From the NCBI GenBank assembly GCA_036677065.1, contig JAKFBS010000008.1:1-64000 (forward strand): a DNA stretch of 64,000 nucleotides, in the 5' to 3' direction. This document shows positions 39,887-48,002 of the stretch, in pieces. Below the pieces are notes generated by a model, which saw nothing but the letters and a program-made list of their open reading frames with translations, made no database searches and was not told the DNA's origin. This DNA comes from Bdellovibrio sp. GTDB taxonomy: Bacteria; Bdellovibrionota; Bdellovibrionia; Bdellovibrionales; Bdellovibrionaceae. The number at the start of each line of letters is the position of its first letter. The stretch's first letter is position 1. The translations under genes and the position numbers were made by a program.

Positions 39887-40761
39887 TAGTCCTCCGAACT
39901 TTCGAAAAGTATTTCTGTAATTTCTTTGTGGAAATCTCGCGGTTTCGGGGGATCAGCTCGGTGTTGGCCCATCCACCAGAACCCGGTTTCTTTAGCGATA
40001 AGCCATTTGTCGAAATCTATGAATTTTAAACGTTTGTTGGCGATCATGAAATCCATGTCCATGACTGTTAAGCCAAGATCTAGAAATGCGGTGGTGGCTT
40101 GTTCGATTTGTGCTTTCATCTGCGGAGTAGGTTCTACGGGTTTGTCTGGGTTGTGGCCTTTTTTATGATATTCAGGATGAATGCGCTCCATGATGACTAC
40201 TGCTGAATACGGTGTGGTTTGTATATTTGCTGATTCGAACCAGTGTGCTGCTTGGTTTTCTGCGGCGAATCCGTAAGGCTTGGGGCCGTAGCCAAGTGTG
40301 TGAACTGCGTCCATGACTGCGACTGATTGGTTTACTAATGCTTTTACAGCTTTTTGAATAGTTTCAGGTGTGGCTTCTGCTAATTGATTACGTAAAGACA
40401 TTGCGTAGTAAAATTTGACGACAATTGGTTGGCCCTTGTAAGTACCGAAACGGACTTCGCCGTCGGCGCCGCGCTCGGTATCTTTTAGGTTTGCTTCCCA
40501 TACGATGTCTTCAGGGCGTAGCTTTGTTTCGTATGTGAGGATTTCGGGATGGAATTTTCTAAGTTTAGTGTTGGCTTTTTCTAGGCGCGATTCGAAAGTT
40601 ATTTTTGTTACGGGAGCGGTTTTTTTAGCGTCTGAAAAAAGCGCTGAACATTGGTTTGCGAAAGATGGGGAACTTAGCAAAATAGGAAGTAACATTAAAA
40701 ATCTCATAATGAGACTGGCTGCAGATTGTGATGAGATTTTTACGAAGCTTTGCATACCCAA
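39886..40761 (-). CDS. Secreted protein-kinase-like protein (start may be 40707)
   Basis: Signal peptide with CSALF; RGADGEV Gly-loop, VVKF, IMERI, D..F..KFIDF. Confidence 0.55.
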   Translation of the reverse strand: MGMQSFVKISSQSAASLIMRFLMLLPILLSSPSFANQCSALFSDAKKTAPVTKITFESRLEKANTKLRKFHPEILTYETKLRPEDIVWEANLKDTERGADGEVRFGTYKGQPIVVKFYYAMSLRNQLAEATPETIQKAVKALVNQSVAVMDAVHTLGYGPKPYGFAAENQAAHWFESANIQTTPYSAVVIMERIHPEYHKKGHNPDKPVEPTPQMKAQIEQATTAFLDLGLTVMDMDFMIANKRLKFIDFDKWLIAKETGFWWMGQHRADPPKPRDFHKEITEILFESSED

Positions 40762-40870
40762 ATTCTTTGCGAAGTTTGGGCCTGTTATAGCTGGTAGGTT
40801 ATATATAATAGGGCGTGAGTGAGAACTAACCGTTAAGTGACGCTATTTGTTTTACAGAATTGTGTTAATT

Positions 40871-41692
40871 CTAGCCAATGACACTTTTTTTATGATCGAC
40901 ATTATTAACTTTAAACTTTTTAATCACGGCGATAAATGCAGGACCATATTTTTGGTACTTCCTTGGACCGATAGTTTTTAACATCAGCGCATCGTTATCA
41001 GGCATAACCTGGGCCATTCTGTGCAATGTTTTGTCGTAAAATATCATATAAGCCGGATTGTTTTCTTCGCGAGCAATTCGTAGTCTTTCTTTTCGTAATT
41101 CTTCAAAAAGAAGATTGGAATCGTATGCATCAGTAGGTGAATCTGTAGTTACTATCTCTTCGTTATGATTGTTCGAGAGTTCGGTAGGTTTTTCTATTAC
41201 TCTAGATTTTTCAGAAAAAATTTGTTCCAACAAAATGCCGTCGTAGTCATTAGTTAAAATTTGTCTTTGATGTTTAGGGTGTGGGTATCTTCCTGTTTTT
41301 GTTCTTTTCCAGCTTAGCCATGAATGAAACAACTCGTGTTTATGGGAATCCATTAAACAGAGATTAATTATAGAATTGTCAGTTCTTCTGCCATTGATAT
41401 GATGGACAACCTCATTAGGTTTTAAATCACGATTCAAAAGTTGTTTTGCGATGTACCGATGTGCGAGTTCATTTTCTTTTACTAAAACTACATATCCTCT
41501 TTCGTTGACATATGTTTTCGAGGCTTGGTTGGATGTGATGTTCATCCAAATACACCAGACAATAAAAGCGAAGATACTTATGATTACATTTACATAAGCA
41601 GGTAAAGTTGAAGCTAGAAGTACAAGGCTGCTAATTGCTACAAGGGCAAATAGGGCTTTTACTTGTTTTATTGTTCGATTAAGCTTGCGCAT
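40871..41692 (-). CDS. Membrane-anchored HNH endonuclease with C-terminal HRDC domain
   Basis: Two N-terminal TM segments; AHR...VHHING.RTDN..NL (HNH); LFEELRKERLRIA...PAYMIF.DKTL..IGPRK..KYG (HRDC). Confidence 0.75.
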   Translation of the reverse strand: MRKLNRTIKQVKALFALVAISSLVLLASTLPAYVNVIISIFAFIVWCIWMNITSNQASKTYVNERGYVVLVKENELAHRYIAKQLLNRDLKPNEVVHHINGRRTDNSIINLCLMDSHKHELFHSWLSWKRTKTGRYPHPKHQRQILTNDYDGILLEQIFSEKSRVIEKPTELSNNHNEEIVTTDSPTDAYDSNLLFEELRKERLRIAREENNPAYMIFYDKTLHRMAQVMPDNDALMLKTIGPRKYQKYGPAFIAVIKKFKVNNVDHKKSVIG

Positions 41693-41768
41693 GATAAGTT
41701 GCTTATCGAATTGTAAAGGTCTTATCTACATCGGACCTTTGTCTTGTAAATAATTTTAAATTGGGTCG

Positions 41769-42734
41769 CTATTTCAAGCATGGGGTCGGCATTAAATAAG
41801 GCTGACCTTTTTTATCAAGCATTGAATCTTTAGCTTGAGCGGGATCATTTATATCGATGTTTCCGTAATATTTACGGTATTTGCGACCTAGGTGTTTACG
41901 GATTACGTTTTCGAAGTACACTGCGCGGTATTCAGTGACTTCCGTGAACTCCATACCTTCGCCATTGACGCCACGACGATCCATTAGACCGCGTACGCTG
42001 TCGAAACCGTGAAAAAGTTCGTGGGCAAATCCCGCTAGTACTGGTGATGATCTTGTGACGTTATCGCTTTCGATGTTTGCTAAGTTTTTAATGTTTGGAT
42101 CGAAACGTACGAAGCCGCCGGCTCCGAATTGTTTGAATGTTCCGCCTTGTTCATCGCTTTTTCTTAAAGTTGCGAAGTGCTGCATGATCGGGGCTTCGTC
42201 GTAGCCTGAGTTTGGTTTTCCGGTGCTTCCTACGAATTCGAAGCGTGGTCCGCCGGTTTTAGTTAGGGTAATTGGGTAAAGCACTTGTTGTAATAATGAG
42301 ATAAGTCTTTTGCCTTCGGGGAATGTGCGAAGTTTTTCGAGGAAAGCTAGAACTGTTTTTGTGTAGCTGTCTGAGATTGTGTTTGGTGCGATTTGTTGGC
42401 CTGCTTCGTTGAATAAGATGCCGTCGATGTAGGTGATTTTTTTGTTTGTGGTGGCGTTTAGGATTTTAAGTGAGTCTTTTTTTGGGTTTGATTTAACTAG
42501 ATCGGGTAGAAGTAGTTTTTCATTTCCATTACATTTATTTAAATCGATTACATCTTGGTTGATTGAGATTTTTGCTTTGATTTCTTCGTAGGTGAAATTA
42601 CGGAAGTGGTCGTTTTCGAAGAGCATTAAGGTGTAAGGGCTGGGTGGAGGGTTTTGCGCGAAAGCCGCCGTGGTAGCGAAGCTGATTGCTATGGATAAAA
42701 GTATAAATCGAACTAAAATCATGCGGTCCCCCAT
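41769..42734 (-). CDS. Secreted zincin, M91-like (copy 2)
   Basis: Paralog of 38960-39886; AHELFH and EYRAVYFENVIRKHLG. Confidence 0.6.
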   Translation of the reverse strand: MGDRMILVRFILLSIAISFATTAAFAQNPPPSPYTLMLFENDHFRNFTYEEIKAKISINQDVIDLNKCNGNEKLLLPDLVKSNPKKDSLKILNATTNKKITYIDGILFNEAGQQIAPNTISDSYTKTVLAFLEKLRTFPEGKRLISLLQQVLYPITLTKTGGPRFEFVGSTGKPNSGYDEAPIMQHFATLRKSDEQGGTFKQFGAGGFVRFDPNIKNLANIESDNVTRSSPVLAGFAHELFHGFDSVRGLMDRRGVNGEGMEFTEVTEYRAVYFENVIRKHLGRKYRKYYGNIDINDPAQAKDSMLDKKGQPYLMPTPCLK

Positions 42735-42877
42735 AATTGAAAGTTAACAAATTATAGGGGCGGAAAAAATGGTTTGTATAGAATAATAATTTTAAAGCAT
42801 CTTGTTGCTCATTGCAGCAGGTGTGAGTTGAATGAATCAACCTTCAGACTTTTTAAGGTGTTATTGATCTAAGCTGT

Positions 42878-44239
42878 CTAGACATCTAAAAAAGACAGTA
42901 TTTCATCGCCGCATTGTGAGAATGCATCTGGTGATCCTTGAAAACAATAACCAATCGTTATTCCATCATGTTGGAATATATTAATTTTATTTCGCGATAG
43001 GATGCGTTTTTTTTCTGAAAGATGCTTCATAGACTCTATATAATTATCAGGTAAGATTGTTCTAGTGATCCCAAGTGATTGCCAGGGAATGTCATTTATT
43101 TGCATTCTAGCTTCGCCAGCTGAATCAAATTTATCGGGACTTAGAAATCCAATCCAAAGTATTTTGGTGTGAAGTCCAATTTCTGCACGATGCGAATGTG
43201 CTCGTTTTATTATTTCATTTACATGTTTATCGCCACCACTGTATCCAACTATAAGCAAAGTGTTACTATTTATTAAATCTTCAAACAGTTGAGTGAAATA
43301 TGTGGCGAATGGTTCGTGCAGAATTGCATCTGCTTTTCGTAAACCCGTAATCATGAGTTGGCTTATACCCTCAATGCCATCTTGGGCAAGATGGTTACCT
43401 ACGGCTGTAGTGGCTCTATTTTCTAAAGCTGTATCATGATCTGGCAGTCTTACGATCAAACCTCGTGAGTCGCCATTGCCTGAGTTGTATCCGAATCGAC
43501 TAGAGCCATGAAGCTGACAAAATAAATGCGCACGATAAGAAGAACGAATATCAATCGGATAAAATGACTCTTCTAAACTGGTCGGGCTAGATTTTTTAAA
43601 TCCGGAAACAAAGTTAATCCCACTATGTAATGGTAGTGTGTCATAATTTAATGTAAAGAGGCGAAGATAGCTTTTAGATGAAAGTTTTTTGAATAATTCA
43701 TTTAACGGGTCTTTCTCGAGAATTCCACTTTTTGTGATGTTCCTTTCTTCTATAGCAAAAATATCAAGAATGTATGTACAAGCATCAGAAGCGACTACAT
43801 TGTGAATGCGGTTATCCAACCCGATATGCTTTTCGGATATGGGAGTCAAAGGTCCCGAACCAACTTTAACATAATCGTTGGTCTCTTCTGATGCGCTTGT
43901 TGTATGATAATCTAAGCTTTGCGCAACATGAATAAGTCGTTCAAAATGCAAAAATGGTTCTGGGTTTTTAAACGATGGCATAAGGAAGTTATACAGCTCT
44001 TGAAAGTAAGGTGTTTGTCCTGTTAAACCATCTACTTCTGTCGCAATTTGCGGATATGAAAACACCATATTAGATTGCCGGGGCATATTATGCTTCGTCC
44101 AAGTTTTGAGTTTGTCTGTGACTGCAGTTGTTCCGCTTAAATGATTAACCGAAGCACCAGATCCAAGTAAAATGGTAGTCTGGTTGCCATGAATGGCTTT
44201 CGAGAAAAATTGAGCAAATTTTTTAGTGAAATGACTCAT
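42878..44239 (-). CDS. SIR2-like (SIR2_2) NAD-binding protein, putative defence effector
   Basis: ILLGSGAS, LFTLNYD, QLHGS and LIVGYSGGDKHVN motifs of defence-type sirtuins. Confidence 0.85.
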   Translation of the reverse strand: MSHFTKKFAQFFSKAIHGNQTTILLGSGASVNHLSGTTAVTDKLKTWTKHNMPRQSNMVFSYPQIATEVDGLTGQTPYFQELYNFLMPSFKNPEPFLHFERLIHVAQSLDYHTTSASEETNDYVKVGSGPLTPISEKHIGLDNRIHNVVASDACTYILDIFAIEERNITKSGILEKDPLNELFKKLSSKSYLRLFTLNYDTLPLHSGINFVSGFKKSSPTSLEESFYPIDIRSSYRAHLFCQLHGSSRFGYNSGNGDSRGLIVRLPDHDTALENRATTAVGNHLAQDGIEGISQLMITGLRKADAILHEPFATYFTQLFEDLINSNTLLIVGYSGGDKHVNEIIKRAHSHRAEIGLHTKILWIGFLSPDKFDSAGEARMQINDIPWQSLGITRTILPDNYIESMKHLSEKKRILSRNKINIFQHDGITIGYCFQGSPDAFSQCGDEILSFLDV

Positions 44240-44495
44240 TGGATACCTGCTTTAGAAGTTAGTCAGAAAATTTCATCACATTTAATAAGATTTTAGAACT
44301 GTAAATTTCCATTTGCTTCATTAGATCGACCGTTTTTTATATTAATTATATGAGTTGCCAATTTTGAACCAAAAATAACAAGCGGTACAGACTAAGGTAG
44401 TTAGTGAGCAAAATAATCCTGAACATTTAAGTAAAACTCATATAAATATAGATATATTTATAATTTAGCGTAATTGCAGTATAGCAAGGCGATAT

Positions 44496-46301
44496 ATGTC
44501 CACAACAGCACGATTTAAGGTATTACGATCAAAGGAAATCGAAAAAATATTCAGCAGCAATAATTTGAAAGAATTGTGGCGAAGCGAGGTAAAAAATATT
44601 TTGCGTAAGCAGGATCTTTTGGATTTACATGATTACTACGATTTTAATCGCAGTATTCAGAGTCATGCCGCGGACATCGAAGCTGAAGTTTTAGGTGGAA
44701 GATACCGACCGGAACCTCCATTAGTCTTCAGATTGGAGAAAAAAATGGGCATATGTAGACATATGTGTTTGCCTACGCCAACGGACTCTTTGGTCTTTCA
44801 AGCTTTAACAAATGCACTAGAAAAAAAATTACTCGCTGCTGCTCCAAATACCAGATCTTTATTCTCTAGGACTCATGCTAGGTGGCAGCTACCTCATGAA
44901 CACGGCGAGCCAACAGATTACCCTTGGTTTATTAAATGGAAGCGTTTTCAAAAACAGATTTGGAATTTTTCTAAGGAATATGATTATTTAATTGTCACAG
45001 ATCTAGCAAACTATTTCGACTCGATAGGTCTACGCGAATTAAGAAATGTAATTGCAAGTCATGTTAAATCTGAAGAAGTAATTCTGGATCTTTTATTTAG
45101 AGTAATTGAAGGTATGAGTTGGAATCCAGATTATCTGCCAAATAATATGCGCGGATTACCTACTATCAATTTGGATGCGCCGAGGCTCTTAGCGCACAGC
45201 TATCTTTATGAAATCGATTCGGTCTTGGAAAGTTCGTCATCAGGGAGTTTTGTAAGGTGGATGGATGATATAAATATTGGAGTAAACGATAAGATTACGG
45301 CGAAAAAAATAATTTCACAACTGTCGGATGTATTGAAAAGCAGAGGACTATCCTTAAATGTTTCAAAAACTAATATTTTATCGACCGAGCAGGTTAAAGT
45401 CGAATTCATGGTAGATGAGAATACATATTTGGATGAAATTCAAAAAATAAAAAAGCCTACGCAGATTAAAATACGTGAATGCAATAAAAAGTTTAACAAA
45501 ACGCTGAAGGATTCAAGTCCTAAAGCTTGGCAGAAAGTAGTTAAAAGATATATCGCATTGGGCGGTACATATAAGCTGAAGTCATTGGATAAAAAAATTC
45601 CTGAATTGTTTTTTGATTACCCTGATATGAGATCGAACATTATTTCTTACCTTTCATCGCAAAATCCAGATACTGAGCGTTTGGAAATATGGAAATCATT
45701 AGTTAAAAACGAATACTTAGATGATATAACTCAATTTAATTTGGCAAAATTGTTTACACAATGGGAGTTGCCTATAAACAGTGAAATAAAAGACTGTATA
45801 CAGTTTTATATCGAGCAAACGCAGCATTCGGATCTATTCGGTGACCAGCTAGCTGGTTTGTGGGTAAGGGCTAAATATAGCGAACCAGAAGAGCTATTAA
45901 AATACTTTAAAAAATATGAAAATTTATGGAAACATAATAAGTTTCTCGCGCGACAAAACATTTCAGCAGTTGCGAGATTGCTTCCATGGAAAAAAAATGA
46001 AACTCAAGCTATACTGAATAGTTATGTAGTTAATAGTTCAAAAGATGTAAGTTCTGTTGCATCCAACCTGCTCAGTTTAAGTAATTTAGATGTGATTCCG
46101 AGAGACGTATCTTTATATGTATTCCCTACTTCGGGTCATAAAAAAAATTATCCATTGTATAAATATTTAATTTTATCAGCAGTGTTGACAAATGATTGCG
46201 CGAAAAACAATTCTGGAATTAAAGCTGGATTGAATAAATATATTACTGATCCTTGGTATAAGAAATGGATTAATGAGTACGCTTCGGGACACTCATTCTA
46301 A
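44496..46301 (+). CDS. Reverse transcriptase, UG/Abi (DRT)-like, with long helical C-terminal region
   Basis: RT motifs K-x-G-I-C-R, TDLANYFDSI, RGLP...LAH.YL..ID, RWMDD (45258-45269), GLSLNVSKT; about 300-aa Leu/Lys-rich C-terminus; no retron VTG and no maturase domain. Confidence 0.85.
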   Translation: MSTTARFKVLRSKEIEKIFSSNNLKELWRSEVKNILRKQDLLDLHDYYDFNRSIQSHAADIEAEVLGGRYRPEPPLVFRLEKKMGICRHMCLPTPTDSLVFQALTNALEKKLLAAAPNTRSLFSRTHARWQLPHEHGEPTDYPWFIKWKRFQKQIWNFSKEYDYLIVTDLANYFDSIGLRELRNVIASHVKSEEVILDLLFRVIEGMSWNPDYLPNNMRGLPTINLDAPRLLAHSYLYEIDSVLESSSSGSFVRWMDDINIGVNDKITAKKIISQLSDVLKSRGLSLNVSKTNILSTEQVKVEFMVDENTYLDEIQKIKKPTQIKIRECNKKFNKTLKDSSPKAWQKVVKRYIALGGTYKLKSLDKKIPELFFDYPDMRSNIISYLSSQNPDTERLEIWKSLVKNEYLDDITQFNLAKLFTQWELPINSEIKDCIQFYIEQTQHSDLFGDQLAGLWVRAKYSEPEELLKYFKKYENLWKHNKFLARQNISAVARLLPWKKNETQAILNSYVVNSSKDVSSVASNLLSLSNLDVIPRDVSLYVFPTSGHKKNYPLYKYLILSAVLTNDCAKNNSGIKAGLNKYITDPWYKKWINEYASGHSF

Positions 46302-46361
46302 ATAGAATAATATTGTCATTATCTGGAGGAAGTGTGGATCGCACACGTAAACATATAACTA

Positions 46362-46967
46362 ATGGATGAACCACTTTATTTGCAAAGAAATTTTCAACAA
46401 AAAGAACATTTAGATTCTTTTTGCTCGGGAAATATTCGATTGGGCTTGGTGGAATCTTATAGGCTATCCACTGACGATACCAGGAAAAATCCGCGTGATG
46501 GGTATTTTTCAGGTGTGGTAAGCTCTTCAGACTCGAGAGCAGGTTTTTATAGCGCATCGTCACTTGGCCTTTTCTACATGCTATCATTTAGCACGCCTGA
46601 AACATCTAGTGTTGTTAGTGAAAAATACGGCTCACATTCAATTAGGATTCTTAATTATAAACTGCTTTTTCAGAAAATTATAAATCAGCTTGGAATTGAT
46701 TTTGTTGATTTTAACTTTCACAGCAGAGTTGAGTATAAAAATAATTTAGATAAACCACCAGAAACGTATGATTTATTTTTTACTAATGGAATATCTCATT
46801 CCGAAAATTGCGAGTATCGCTTTTTGTATCATCTAAAAAAGTGGCCTGAGCCAAATGCACATGCATTTCTAACAGTCTCTACTGATGCTCAAGCAACAGT
46901 AGAGGGGAGTATTCTTATTCCCAAATATATAACAGTTAATGATGTTGATATGAATGGAATTATATAG
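46362..46967 (+). CDS. Hypothetical protein, weakly DUF2971/ART-fold-like
   Basis: Pattern F..G.IRLG..YR...R....G ... LSFS ... YG...IRI ... VEY ... EYRF; 60 nt downstream of the RT on the same strand. Confidence 0.5.
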   Translation: MDEPLYLQRNFQQKEHLDSFCSGNIRLGLVESYRLSTDDTRKNPRDGYFSGVVSSSDSRAGFYSASSLGLFYMLSFSTPETSSVVSEKYGSHSIRILNYKLLFQKIINQLGIDFVDFNFHSRVEYKNNLDKPPETYDLFFTNGISHSENCEYRFLYHLKKWPEPNAHAFLTVSTDAQATVEGSILIPKYITVNDVDMNGII

Positions 46968-47203
46968 AGGCCCATCAAAATACCAAATCAAGTGATAGCG
47001 AACGATTTTCTGAATAGTGTGATTTAATGAAAGGTGCTTAAATTCGCTAATCTAAATTAAAAAAACGTAGCTAAAGTCTAGTACAGTAACCCGTCAAAAG
47101 GTGTAATTTTAAGTAAAAAAAATTAATTAATAAAAATCTATTTAGAGATTAGTAGTTTGTCCCGAAATGATAACTAGATAAGCGTCATTTAGAGGAGCCA
47201 CGG

Positions 47204-48001
47204 ATGAGCAACATTGTTGATTTAGAAAAATTATTTCACCGAAGCAAAGACCGCATCAAAGATTTGGGCGAAGTATTTACACCAGAATCGTATGTTGAAG
47301 ACATGCTAAATCTACTCACAAAAGATAAACGAGGTCTTTGGTCAGATGAAGAAGTATCTTTTTTTGAACCATGCTCAGGTCACGGAAATATTGTCCTGCC
47401 AATTTACAAAAGACGACTTGAAGGTATCTACAAAAAAGCTACCACTCAGGGCTTGAGGTCAAACGAAGCCGCCTGGTATGCAGTAGCCAATGCTCTCAAT
47501 ACGTTATGGGCAATAGATATCGATGCTAAAAATGTCGAGAACTGTCGCTCCCGCGTGTTGTCGGCAACTCTAGAATTTTTGAAAAGTAAGCTTGATATAA
47601 AAAATAATCACATCCTTTTGTCTAAAAAAAGAGACTTTTTCGCTCATGTATTGTCCGCAATTAAATGGCACATAGACGAAAACGAAACATTATCTGCATT
47701 GAGTAAATCCGAAACAGCAAAGGCCAGCGCTAATCTTACTAGATCAGGAGCTAAGTGGTACTCGCAAAACGGCCACAATCCAATGAACTTTGATTTAACT
47801 TGGGTCAGCTTTTATGAGTCTTGTGAATCAACTAACGCTGTTCCGTTAGAATTTGAACGCTCACTTCGCTTTATTGACGGAGTTCTTTCCGGCAAACTTA
47901 GAGGTCTAGAAGATTTTGAATTCGCTAAAGCAGTTATTGATGTGAACAAGGTTCAAGAGGTTGTTCGCAAGCCGAACAGATCTTTATCCGTAGGTGCATA
48001 A
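47204..48001 (+). CDS. N6-adenine MTase-like protein (SAM-binding half only)
   Basis: GEVFTP (motif X) and FFEPCSGHGN (motif I); no NPPY/DPPY seen. Confidence 0.7.
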   Translation: MSNIVDLEKLFHRSKDRIKDLGEVFTPESYVEDMLNLLTKDKRGLWSDEEVSFFEPCSGHGNIVLPIYKRRLEGIYKKATTQGLRSNEAAWYAVANALNTLWAIDIDAKNVENCRSRVLSATLEFLKSKLDIKNNHILLSKKRDFFAHVLSAIKWHIDENETLSALSKSETAKASANLTRSGAKWYSQNGHNPMNFDLTWVSFYESCESTNAVPLEFERSLRFIDGVLSGKLRGLEDFEFAKAVIDVNKVQEVVRKPNRSLSVGA

Positions 48002-48002
48002 G

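Noticed and set aside
44240..46301. Classical retron (msr-msd + RT)
   Set aside because: The RT lacks NAxxH and VTG motifs and is long. The upstream IR encloses only 78 nt with no long msd hairpin. Kept only as a generic ncRNA candidate.
38960..46301. Diversity-generating retroelement using the two zincin paralogs as TR/VR
   Set aside because: The paralogs differ along their whole length at all base types and both are full ORFs. The RT is not DGR-like, and no avd-like gene is visible.
44496..46301. Group II intron
   Set aside because: No YADD motif or maturase domain, no recognisable domain V, and too little flanking non-coding sequence.
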